From assembly GCA_016839585.1 (NCBI GenBank), contig JAEOTZ010000026.1, positions 19,143-83,142 of the forward strand: 64,000 bases of DNA, written 5' to 3'. The position numbers and the translations under genes were made by a program. Under the pieces are notes generated by a model that saw only the letters and a list, made by a program, of their open reading frames with translations, made no database searches and had not been told where the DNA came from. Numbering within the stretch: position 1 is the stretch's first letter; every line of letters begins with the position of its first letter. Of this stretch, positions 19,503 through 28,679 are shown piece after piece. This DNA is from Promethearchaeota archaeon (GTDB lineage: Archaea > Asgardarchaeota > Lokiarchaeia > Sigyniarchaeales > SOKP01).

Positions 19503-19940
19503 ATGCCAGAAAAATCTCCCTTTAATATGAAAGGATTTCATCCTTTTGGGGACCTTATAGGATTAAAGTTCACAAAGTCCCATAAAGGTTATTCTCAATG
19601 TGTTCTTGATGTCAATGAGAAGTTATTTAACCCTCATATGGTTATACATGGCGGTTTAATCTACTCAATGGCCGATACTGGCATGGGCGCTGCTCTTTTT
19701 TCTCATTTAGAAAAAGATGAACTATGTGCAACTGTAGAAATTAAAATTCATTACTTTAAAAGCGTTAAATCAGGCGTCCTTATTTGTAATACAAAAGTAA
19801 TCAACATTGGGAAAAAGATTGCTACATTAGAATCAGAAATTTTAAATGACAATCAACTAGTCTCAAAAGCATTAGGAACTTTTTCTATATTTCAAACCAA
19901 GGATAAAAGTCTATTACTTGAAAAAATAAGGGGAAGTTAA
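19503..19940 (+). CDS. PaaI-family hotdog thioesterase
   Basis: NPHMVIHGGLIYSMADTGMG. Confidence 0.92.
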   Translation: MPEKSPFNMKGFHPFGDLIGLKFTKSHKGYSQCVLDVNEKLFNPHMVIHGGLIYSMADTGMGAALFSHLEKDELCATVEIKIHYFKSVKSGVLICNTKVINIGKKIATLESEILNDNQLVSKALGTFSIFQTKDKSLLLEKIRGS

Positions 19941-19941
19941 C

Positions 19942-20487
19942 TCATTTTCGAATTAATATTCCAATTTTTCCACCTATTTTTTGAATAGAATTACCCTCAG
20001 CACCAACTAAAGTTTCTTCTTTGATTAATTCGATGATTGCTTGAGTTATCATGCTTAATGGATATTGTTGTATTTCTTTAATGCCAATAAGCTCATCTAT
20101 AGTTAAAGTTTCTCCAGGCACTATCATTGAAATTATTGCTCTTTTTACTTCATCTAAATTACTCACTTTTTCTATTAATTCACGTGTTTCTCTCTTGTTT
20201 CTACTTTTTTTAAGTTCACTTAATGTAGATGTTAATAATTTAACTTGTTCCTCAAGCTTATTAATTCGTGTTTCTAATTCTCTTTTGGAACTTCTATTTA
20301 TTTTCTTTGATTCTTCCTTATCAGCTAAGAATTTAATTACAAGTTTTTCAAGGTGTTCTTTCGAAATATTAGCTTTTTTTATCTTTTTTATCTTTTCTAT
20401 TTTAGTACTACTTTTCTTTAATGTAATATTAAATTCTTTTGCTAACTTTTCCAAGTAAAATACTGTGAGATCGTTTAAATCTGCCAT
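19942..20487 (-). CDS. Hypothetical protein with SAP/Rho-N-like helix pair, leucine zipper and wHTH-like C-terminus
   Basis: LNDLTVFYLEKLAKEFNI; L-x6-L-x6-L-x6-L; GETLTIDEL...ITQAIIELIKE. ATG at 20487 follows GAGG. Confidence 0.65.
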   Translation of the reverse strand: MADLNDLTVFYLEKLAKEFNITLKKSSTKIEKIKKIKKANISKEHLEKLVIKFLADKEESKKINRSSKRELETRINKLEEQVKLLTSTLSELKKSRNKRETRELIEKVSNLDEVKRAIISMIVPGETLTIDELIGIKEIQQYPLSMITQAIIELIKEETLVGAEGNSIQKIGGKIGILIRK

Positions 20488-20677
20488 GTATAGCCTCAAT
20501 TAAAGAAATTATTAAGTAGATTTAAAACCATGCAAGAGAATTGATAACTAATTTTGGGGTATGGTTTTAAGGATTATATGTATAAATTATTTCTTGAAAT
20601 TAAATAAATTCTTTTCTTTCAAAAGTAACTTTAAATATTTGTTAATATTGCCATAATAAATATTAAGGGGATAGAAT

Positions 20678-22543
20678 ATGGAGTTTGGTTATACTGGGAA
20701 TATCCTTAGGGTGGATTTATCTAAAGAAGATATATCTATTGAAAATCCAGATGATATATTTTATAGAAGATATCTGGGGGGTGAAGGATTTGTGGCATAT
20801 TTTCTTTTAAAAGAGCTCAAAAAAGGGATAGATCCATTTAGTCAAGAAAATAAATTAATTTTCGCTACAGGTCCCCTAACAGGGTGTCCTATTCCTGGTA
20901 GTGGTAGAAATTGTGTGGGAGCAAAATCACCCTTAACAGCTGGATTTGGAGAAGCAGATGTTGGCGGTTATTGGGGTGCTGAATTAAAACATGCTGGTTT
21001 TGATGCTATAATTATAGAAGGAAAAGCCAAAAATCCTGTATATTTATGGGTTCATGATAGTGAAATTGAAATAAAAGATGCAAATCATATTTGGGGTAAA
21101 AATACAGGAGATACTCAAAATATCATAAAACAAGAGCTAAACGATGACTTTATTCGAGTGGCCAAAATTGGTCCTGGAGGTGAAAATTTGGTTAGATATG
21201 CTTGTATAATTAACGATCTTAGAAATGCTGCAGGACGAACTGGTATGGGGGCTGTTATGGGATCAAAAAATCTTAAAGCTATCACTATTAGAGGCCATAA
21301 TAAACCAAAAATTGCAGCTAAGGAAAAAATTAGAGAAATATTAAAAGCGAACGCTACTAATATGAAAAACTTAGCATCAGCTTTTACTTTTGGTACAGGA
21401 GGGGAATTAATGGAATATTTTTCTACAACAGGGAATCTCCCCACAAGAAACTTTAGGGATGGTGAATTTTCAAAGGCTTTAGCAATTGATCCTAAAACTA
21501 TTCATGATACAATAGGGCTAGGTAAAGATTCTTGTTATGCATGTTCTATCCGATGTAAAAAGGTTGTACAAATTGACAGTCCTTGGAATGTAGATCCTAT
21601 ATATGGTGGACCTGAGTATGAAACAATTGCAGCATTTGGATCAAACTGTGGAATAGATGACATCAATGCCATTTGTAAGGCTGGTGAAATCTGTAATAAA
21701 TACTCTTTAGATACAATCTCTACAGGTATTTCTATAGGATTTGCAATGGAATGTTATGAAAAAGGTATTTTAACCGAAAAAGAGACAAATGGTATTAGAT
21801 TAAATTTTGGTAATGCTGAAGCTATGTTGCAAATGTTAGAGTTGATTGGTAAGCGAGAGGGTTTAGGAAAAGTTTTAGGGGAGGGGGTTAAGAGAGCTGC
21901 TGAAAGAATAGGTAATGGAGCTGATAAGTATGCTATTCACGTAAAAGGTCAAGAAATCCCAATGCATGAACCAAGATTAAAGCAAGGTTTAGGGCTTGGT
22001 TATGCTGTTTCACCTACAGGAGCAGAACATATGGCTAATCTCCACGATACATATATAACTACTAAGGAAAGAGTTTTAGGTTTTGCTCCTTTAGGAATTT
22101 TAGAACCATTACCACTTGATGATTTAGGACCTAAGAAGGTTAGAGCTTTGATTTATGTTTCTAACTGGAAAGTTCTAGAAAATTCTCTTATAATGTGCTT
22201 TTTCAACGCTTTTTCACCTGAGACTGAAAAAGATTTTCTGAATATAGTTACAGGTTGGAATACAAGTACTTGGGAACTAATGAAATTAGGAGAACGCATT
22301 ACTAATATGGCAAGAGTATTTAATATTAGAGAAGGTTTAACTAAAGATGATGATTGGCTTCCTGAAAGATTTTTTCAACCCACCACATCAGGTGCTTTAT
22401 CTAACACCGCGATAAATCCAGATAAATTTGAGAAGGCTAGATATACTTATTACAGAATGATGGGCTGGGATGATAATGGAATACCAACAAAAGCAAAACT
22501 AGAAGAATTAGATATTGAATGGGCATCCAAGATGCTCCCATAA
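20678..22543 (+). CDS. aor: Tungsten-dependent aldehyde:ferredoxin oxidoreductase
   Basis: GYTGNILRVDLS, KSPLT, GRTGMGAVMGSKNLKAI, CYACSIRC, GPEYET, LDTISTG, DDWLPERF. Confidence 0.95.
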   Translation: MEFGYTGNILRVDLSKEDISIENPDDIFYRRYLGGEGFVAYFLLKELKKGIDPFSQENKLIFATGPLTGCPIPGSGRNCVGAKSPLTAGFGEADVGGYWGAELKHAGFDAIIIEGKAKNPVYLWVHDSEIEIKDANHIWGKNTGDTQNIIKQELNDDFIRVAKIGPGGENLVRYACIINDLRNAAGRTGMGAVMGSKNLKAITIRGHNKPKIAAKEKIREILKANATNMKNLASAFTFGTGGELMEYFSTTGNLPTRNFRDGEFSKALAIDPKTIHDTIGLGKDSCYACSIRCKKVVQIDSPWNVDPIYGGPEYETIAAFGSNCGIDDINAICKAGEICNKYSLDTISTGISIGFAMECYEKGILTEKETNGIRLNFGNAEAMLQMLELIGKREGLGKVLGEGVKRAAERIGNGADKYAIHVKGQEIPMHEPRLKQGLGLGYAVSPTGAEHMANLHDTYITTKERVLGFAPLGILEPLPLDDLGPKKVRALIYVSNWKVLENSLIMCFFNAFSPETEKDFLNIVTGWNTSTWELMKLGERITNMARVFNIREGLTKDDDWLPERFFQPTTSGALSNTAINPDKFEKARYTYYRMMGWDDNGIPTKAKLEELDIEWASKMLP

Positions 22544-22592
22544 TCTAATTATAAAATTTTTTTAATTTTTAGTAGTAATTTAATTAAAACTA

Positions 22593-22909
22593 CTACTCCA
22601 TCTCTTTTTCTATAATGGAAATATAATTTTTTATGGGTGTTTCCCAAGAACTATTTGTTCGATTAAAAAGATCAAATAAGGATTGAGCTGAACTTCTTTT
22701 TCCTGTATATGTGAATTGGAAAAAGTAGGAATGAATATATGGTCTTAACAAATCAAATCCTCTTAAGAATTTTTGAAAATCATTAGCACTTAATCCCATA
22801 CTAAGACATAATTTATTAGTAGACTCAATATTTATAACAAACTGATAAGGGAGCTTAAAAAAACAAGATAAAACGTTATTAATGCATTCCCTAATCTCAA
22901 GAAAACATT
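22593..22909 (-). pseudogene. Probable gene remnant or frameshifted small gene
   Basis: The 22593..22799 frame stays open for about 36 more codons upstream with no start. An ATG at about 22908 is out of frame by one T in a T-run. Confidence 0.35.
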
Positions 22910-23119
22910 AAAAATAGATAAATTCTTCACTTTTTAATAATGAATAATCTAAAAAATATAAATAAAAATAAATGGGAAAAAACTTAAATATTGGTTACCT
23001 TTACTAATATAAAAATGGCAAGTAACTTAAAAGATTTTTGCCATTAACAAAAATGTGTAATTAAAATTAAAGGAGAATATAAGATTTCTTCGGCAGAATA
23101 TTTAGATAATGAGGAAATT

Positions 23120-24346
23120 TTGGATAAAACTCGTGAAATAAAGATAGAGCATGAATATCCTAGTAAGAAATATAAGTCTAATATTCCTAAATCATTTTTA
23201 TTTTATTTCATTTTAGGAATCCATACTGTTCGCGGAGTTATGATTCCATATTTTACTATATGGGGTCAACTCACGTTTTTTCAATTAATGATATTACAAA
23301 GTTATTTCATGTTGGTAATCTTTTTATTAGAAATTCCTTCGGGTGCTATAGCAGACTTTTTAGGAAGAAATAAAGCATTATCTTTATCAGCATTATCTTT
23401 AGTTTTTGCAGCATTGTTTTATAGTATTGTACCAAATTTCTTTCTATTTGCATTAGCAGAAACATTTTGGGCTTTTGGAATGGCCTTAATGTCAGGAACA
23501 GACGAAGCATTCATGTACTCTACATTGAAAACTCAAGGTAAAGAAAAAGAACTTACAAAATATATGGCAAGAAATAGAACCATGTTTTTAACTGCTGGAA
23601 TAATTTCTGCTCCAATGGGTTCTGTTATTGCAGAATTTATTTCATTACAGTTTACAATGACTTTTTTAGCAATTATGTATGCATTCGCTTTTATTGTCTC
23701 CTTATCATTTAAAGAACCTAAACTTAATAATAATAATAATAATGGATATAAGCCAGAACGATACTGGCCATTAATAAAAGAGGGATTTAAAGAATTAAAG
23801 AAAAATAAAATTTTAAGGATTCTTTGTTTTGATAGGCTTGCTATAGGTATTTTGATTTTTCTTTTATTTTGGCTTTATCAAGTATATCTTGAGGAATTGA
23901 ACGTCCCTATAATCCTCTTCGGATTCATAGCATCTGCGATAAGTATAGTTAATATTGGGTTTATGAATATTTTGCCAATGATGTTAAAGAAAGCTAAAAA
24001 GAAAGTAAATGTCTTAATCACCGTAGATATAATATGCGGAATCGCATATATATTATTAGGCTTAACTTTTAATCCGATTTTAGGTATTATATTAATTTTT
24101 ACTATAGTTGCAACTGGTTATCCTAGATTTTTACTATATATGAATGGAATTAATAAACAAGTTGAATCAGAAAATAGAGCAACAGTTCTAAGTACTGTTA
24201 ATATGTTTGGAAGCCTTTTAAGAGCAATCTTATTTCCTATTATAGGGATTATTGTAATGTGGAATATCTTTGCAGTTTTTATAATAATAGGAAGTTTAAT
24301 TATACTTTTCACTCTATTTACTCGTGTGAAAAGTGATTATCTCTAA
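23120..24346 (+). CDS. MFS transporter
   Basis: LEIPSGAIADFLGRNK motif A, SGTDEAFMY, ENRATVLS; about 12 TM. Confidence 0.95.
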   Translation: MDKTREIKIEHEYPSKKYKSNIPKSFLFYFILGIHTVRGVMIPYFTIWGQLTFFQLMILQSYFMLVIFLLEIPSGAIADFLGRNKALSLSALSLVFAALFYSIVPNFFLFALAETFWAFGMALMSGTDEAFMYSTLKTQGKEKELTKYMARNRTMFLTAGIISAPMGSVIAEFISLQFTMTFLAIMYAFAFIVSLSFKEPKLNNNNNNGYKPERYWPLIKEGFKELKKNKILRILCFDRLAIGILIFLLFWLYQVYLEELNVPIILFGFIASAISIVNIGFMNILPMMLKKAKKKVNVLITVDIICGIAYILLGLTFNPILGIILIFTIVATGYPRFLLYMNGINKQVESENRATVLSTVNMFGSLLRAILFPIIGIIVMWNIFAVFIIIGSLIILFTLFTRVKSDYL

Positions 24347-24381
24347 ATTTTTATTATATCAGAGTTATTGAAAATTTAACA

Positions 24382-25011
24382 TTATAATTCAATTTCTTCG
24401 CCAATTGCTAAGAATTTTGTGTTGAGATTATTTTCTTTTAAAAATTCCACTAACTTTTTAGCGCCTTCCTGTTTTTCTGATGTGAAATGATAGGGGATGG
24501 CGAATTTAAGGTTAAGATTCCTTAGAAATCCTAAATAATCTTGAAAATTATCTTCAAAACATGCAATAAAACAAAGATCAACCTGATCTTTAATACCTTT
24601 TAGTTCTTTTGAATAATCTGCTGAATCTGCGGTGTGTAATATTTTTTTTCCTTCCATTTCTATTAAATAAGCTACACAATCTTCAGCTTTCCAACAGTTA
24701 TTATCAAATACTTTTACATAACCAACGTTAAGATCAATTTTTGAACCAGGAAGAATAAGAGTAAAGTCAAGATCAAATTCTTCATGAATGCATTCTGGAC
24801 CATATATTTCGAGATCCTTGGTTTTATTTGAAAATTGTTTCCCAATTTCCATAATTTTTTCGAGATTAGTATGATCTGGATGATGGTGCGTTAAAAAGAT
24901 TGATTCAATTCCTTTTTTTGGTTCTGAAAGAAATGTAGGATCGACAATTATATGATCTTTTTCACTGATTAGTTCTAAACACGCATTCCCTAAAAAACGA
25001 CACACAACCAT
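24382..25011 (-). CDS. Metallo-beta-lactamase-fold hydrolase
   Basis: FLGNACL, IVDP, THHHPDH, HTADS, IPYH; likely start MVVCRF at 25011. Confidence 0.85.
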   Translation of the reverse strand: MVVCRFLGNACLELISEKDHIIVDPTFLSEPKKGIESIFLTHHHPDHTNLEKIMEIGKQFSNKTKDLEIYGPECIHEEFDLDFTLILPGSKIDLNVGYVKVFDNNCWKAEDCVAYLIEMEGKKILHTADSADYSKELKGIKDQVDLCFIACFEDNFQDYLGFLRNLNLKFAIPYHFTSEKQEGAKKLVEFLKENNLNTKFLAIGEEIEL

Positions 25012-25071
25012 TGTCTTTATCACTTTATTTTTTTCTTTAAAATATAAATCATTTAATGATATAAAATAATT

Positions 25072-25416
25072 ATGAAGAAACAGCATTGCCTAGTCATTAA
25101 AGAATATAAAGCAGCTTACCCGGATCCACTAATATTTACTAAAGGAGAGATTTTAAAAATTGAAAAGAAAGAGAGTGAATGGAGTGGTTGGGTATGGTGC
25201 ATAAATGAATTGGGAAAAGGCCGTTGGATACCAGAAAATTATCTCGAAATTTATAAAGATACTTGTAAAGTTTTACAAGATTATGAAGCTACAGAACTAA
25301 CGGTAAAAATAGGTGAAAAATTAGAAATTGAAAAAATAGAAAGTGATTGGATTTGGGCTACTGATAAAGAAGGGAAACATGGTTGGGTTCCTTTGAAATG
25401 TATTCAAATACTTTAG
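25072..25416 (+). CDS. Tandem SH3-domain protein
   Basis: Two SH3-like units: Y...L.F.KGE.L...W.W...GRWIPENYLE and DYEATEL.V..GE.L...WIW...GWVP. Confidence 0.8.
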   Translation: MKKQHCLVIKEYKAAYPDPLIFTKGEILKIEKKESEWSGWVWCINELGKGRWIPENYLEIYKDTCKVLQDYEATELTVKIGEKLEIEKIESDWIWATDKEGKHGWVPLKCIQIL

Positions 25417-25550
25417 AAGAAAATTTAATCAACATTTTGAATTAAATATCGTATTTAGAATTAATTTGAAAAACTTTATCTGGTAACATAAGCATTAAAT
25501 ACTTTCATGTCAAATATATCAATAATCCAAAAAATATTTGTGAAAATAAA

Positions 25551-26855
25551 TTGAAATCTAACACAAAAAATAAATTAGTTTATGTAATACTAGGAATATT
25601 TCTAGCGACATTTATTATAAACAATTTCAATCTTTATAGGGAGCAGAATAACATTGATGAAAAATCAGAAATTATAGATGATTTCGAATTAAAAAGTGCT
25701 TCAAATAATTGGGACCCCTATATTGAAAAACCAGTTGTAGGTCTACCTACTTGTGTTTTTATTGGAGATGCTAATAATGATGGGTATAATGATATTGTAA
25801 CAGCAAATCATTATGGTGATGATATCTCAATATTACTCTGGAATGAGGATTCCAATGATTGGGAACCTCATTTTGAATTGGATGTTGGTGTATACCCTTA
25901 TGTGGTTTTTGTAGGAGACGCTAATAACGATGGATATAATGATCTTGTATCTCCGAACTGGGGTGATGATAATGTTTCAATAATACTATGGAATCCCATT
26001 TTAAGTGATTGGGATAATCAAATTACCAAGCCAGTTGGAGAATGGCCTTATGGTGTGTCTATAGGAGATGTTAATCATGATGGATATAATGATATTGTTG
26101 TAGCAAATAAATATGATGATGATGTTTCAATACTTATTTGGAATTCAAGCTTAGATACTTGGGATGACCAAATTACGAGAAATGTAGGAAATATTCCTTG
26201 GAACGTCGTAATATCTGATGCTAACAATGACGGTTATAATGACATTGTAACTGGTTGTGAATCTGATTCTGTTTCTATTTTAGTTTGGAATAATGTTACT
26301 GAAACTTGGAATCATCAAACAAGATCAGTTGGAGATGTACCTTTAGGGGTTTCTGTAGGAGATGCGAATAATGATGGGTATAATGATATTATTACAGCAA
26401 ATTATAGGGGCGATGATCTGTCAATTCTTTTATGGAATTACACTACTAGTAACTGGGATCCGGAATTCAAACGTATTGTTATTAGCCTCCCCAGATGTGT
26501 TTTTATAGGAGATGCGAACAACGATGGATATAACGATATTGTTGCGCCAAATTATGATGATCGTACATTTTCCATACTATTATGGAACACCACATCCGGT
26601 GATTGGGATCCGCAAATTATAGTGGATCTTCCTGAAAGACCTGAGACAATTTTCATTGGGGATGCAAACAATGATGGGTATAATGATATTGTTACTGATA
26701 ATAGTTACGGAAATAGTGTTTCAATTATCTTATGGCATGTTAAAAAGCCTTCTAAAGCAATAATTCCGGGATATGATGGTTTTTTTCTAATAATTATAAT
26801 TTCTATAATCTCAGCAGTTATTTATAAAAAATGGAGAAATAAATTATTTAATTAG
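25551..26855 (+). CDS. Surface protein: seven FG-GAP/VCBS-like repeats (beta-propeller) with IPGY-TM-basic C-terminal sorting signal
   Basis: N-terminal signal/TM; 7 x [GS]D[AV]N[NH]DGYND[IL]; ends IPGYDGFFLIIIISIISAVIYKKWR. Confidence 0.9.
   Translation: MKSNTKNKLVYVILGIFLATFIINNFNLYREQNNIDEKSEIIDDFELKSASNNWDPYIEKPVVGLPTCVFIGDANNDGYNDIVTANHYGDDISILLWNEDSNDWEPHFELDVGVYPYVVFVGDANNDGYNDLVSPNWGDDNVSIILWNPILSDWDNQITKPVGEWPYGVSIGDVNHDGYNDIVVANKYDDDVSILIWNSSLDTWDDQITRNVGNIPWNVVISDANNDGYNDIVTGCESDSVSILVWNNVTETWNHQTRSVGDVPLGVSVGDANNDGYNDIITANYRGDDLSILLWNYTTSNWDPEFKRIVISLPRCVFIGDANNDGYNDIVAPNYDDRTFSILLWNTTSGDWDPQIIVDLPERPETIFIGDANNDGYNDIVTDNSYGNSVSIILWHVKKPSKAIIPGYDGFFLIIIISIISAVIYKKWRNKLFN
25750..26740 (+). 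repeat. Seven ~150-nt coding repeats (FG-GAP blades)
   Basis: GGAGATGC.AA.AA.GA.GG.TATAA.GA-like block recurs at about 25764, 25914, 26064, 26214, 26358, 26508 and 26658. Confidence 0.85.
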
Positions 26856-26873
26856 ATTAATAGGTGGAGTTTT

Positions 26874-27704
26874 TTGAAAAATAAAAATAAATGCTTTTTC
26901 CTTATAGTGATTATAATCCTACTTTGTCTCAGTGCTTTAATACCATCTTTCCTCATTACAAAGAGTCATCTTAGTACTAAAACTAAAGTACTAAATCTTC
27001 CAAGGCTTAGCGCTCAAAATAAGACTCTTATACACTCTTATGATTTTGAGAGTGATACAGTTGGTGGAAATCCTGCAGGAATAACCTTAACTGTTTCAGA
27101 ACCAGCAGGAAGTGGAACAGTTGATATAGAAAACTTAGGGGACAGTCAGGAGAATCATGTTGCATTACATAAAGATGGTGGATCGGCGCGTATATCTATG
27201 ACAGATAACATTTCATATTATAACTTAGATTATACTGCAGCAGAATTTCGTTGTATGGTTTACCATGATACAAGCCTATTTGGTATTCTATTTTTTGATT
27301 CAGAGGGGGTCTTGTTTCGATTAGATATGTGGAATGCCCGAGCAGGTAGATATTCATCTATTACTTATACTAGACATTCACTTAATGAATGGATGCCTTT
27401 AATAATTTATTTCGACATCACTAGAGGATGGATGTTTGACTTGGAGGGAGAAAGATATGGGGACGGGTATTCTCTAGGATTTGAACATGAAAATGCTAGT
27501 ATAGTTGAAAGAATTTTCTATTGCTCAGCATTCAGTGGTGGCGGTAATGGTTTCTTCCGCGTAGATGATATCTACTTTTATACTGTAATATTTACACCCT
27601 CTGAAAAAGCGATAATTCCAGGATTTAATATATTTCTAATGATAAGTATAATATGCATAGCTTCAATATTTCTGATAAAAAATCAAAAAAAATTATATAA
27701 ATAA
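26874..27704 (+). CDS. Surface protein with beta-rich domain and IPGF-TM-basic C-terminal sorting signal
   Basis: Signal peptide; YDFESD...VDDIYF (jelly-roll-like ends); ends KAIIPGFNIFLMISIICIASIFLIKNQKK. Confidence 0.75.
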   Translation: MKNKNKCFFLIVIIILLCLSALIPSFLITKSHLSTKTKVLNLPRLSAQNKTLIHSYDFESDTVGGNPAGITLTVSEPAGSGTVDIENLGDSQENHVALHKDGGSARISMTDNISYYNLDYTAAEFRCMVYHDTSLFGILFFDSEGVLFRLDMWNARAGRYSSITYTRHSLNEWMPLIIYFDITRGWMFDLEGERYGDGYSLGFEHENASIVERIFYCSAFSGGGNGFFRVDDIYFYTVIFTPSEKAIIPGFNIFLMISIICIASIFLIKNQKKLYK

Positions 27705-27737
27705 AGATCTTTTTTTTATTTTTCTTATATTAAAAGC

Positions 27738-28571
27738 CTAATAAATTCTAGGTGGTTCTGGAGGATTCCCTAACAGTTCCATCATTATCTGTTGGAAATT
27801 ATCAAAGTACCCTGGTAAAACTTTTTGCATAAAAAATGCCTCAGAAGCCTTTAGATTAACTTTCTTTCCTAAAGTTATGGCAATTGATTTTAAGAGTCTT
27901 TCCGCATATTTAGAAAGTTTCTTTAATTCTTCTGGAGAAACATTAGCAGGATCAATATCAGGGGCAAATAATTGAGCTAAAAGTTCTAGTGTAGCTTCAA
28001 ATTTAAGAGCTGCTTTAATTTTTGTTTCAAGAGTCGATGATATATCAACAAAACAGTTTGGTACATGACCAAGTAATCCCATAAACCATACTTCAGAACA
28101 AGCATAAGGAGCAACATCATTTTTAATTTGCTCAGGATATAATAAGGGAAATGCAGCAAAAGCACTTGCTTCTGCTGCCATGCGTCTCACGATTACATGA
28201 TCTGGATGAACTTCATAAGAGAACCACGGATCAAAGGTAATGACCCTATCTGCTTTTAGTTTCCTAACATAATATACCAAGCTTTCACGTAATTTAACAC
28301 CATCTATAAATCCTGCGTCAGGATAACCAAGCATTATTGTATCTTTCACTCCAAGTATCTTATTTGCTGCTCTGAGTTCTTTTTCTCTCATTTCAGCAAC
28401 ATCTTTCTTAGTTAAATCTGTTCTTAGTGTGCCCACATTGCCACGTGTGACACAAAGAGCGTATATATTATGCCCCTCTTCTGCCCATTTAGCTATTGTT
28501 CCAGCACAGAATAATGTTAAATCATCAGGATGCGCAAAAATTGCAAGCACATTCAAGGATTCTGATTTCAT
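27738..28571 (-). CDS. PIG-L/LmbE-family deacetylase
   Basis: AHPDD, TRGNVG, REKE, HPDH, VDIS; ATG at 28571 follows GGTGA. Confidence 0.92.
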   Translation of the reverse strand: MKSESLNVLAIFAHPDDLTLFCAGTIAKWAEEGHNIYALCVTRGNVGTLRTDLTKKDVAEMREKELRAANKILGVKDTIMLGYPDAGFIDGVKLRESLVYYVRKLKADRVITFDPWFSYEVHPDHVIVRRMAAEASAFAAFPLLYPEQIKNDVAPYACSEVWFMGLLGHVPNCFVDISSTLETKIKAALKFEATLELLAQLFAPDIDPANVSPEELKKLSKYAERLLKSIAITLGKKVNLKASEAFFMQKVLPGYFDNFQQIMMELLGNPPEPPRIY

Positions 28572-28679
28572 TAAATTCACCTTGTTTTTAAAATATTAAA
28601 AGATAATTAACTTCAATAAAAATACTTTATACATAAGATAATAAATAAACTTTTATAAAAGGGAAAACGAGAAGGAGTT

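Noticed and set aside
20230-20320. True bZIP transcription factor
   Set aside because: The zipper is present, but the invariant N-x7-R/K-x9-L basic-region spacing is not.
23724-23745. (AAT)n microsatellite as a phase-variation site
   Set aside because: In-frame poly-Asn in the central loop of the MFS protein; triplet changes would not shift the frame.
25750-26740. Periodic repeats as a CRISPR-like or DGR array
   Set aside because: Variation is codon-structured within an FG-GAP protein, and no reverse transcriptase or cas genes are present.
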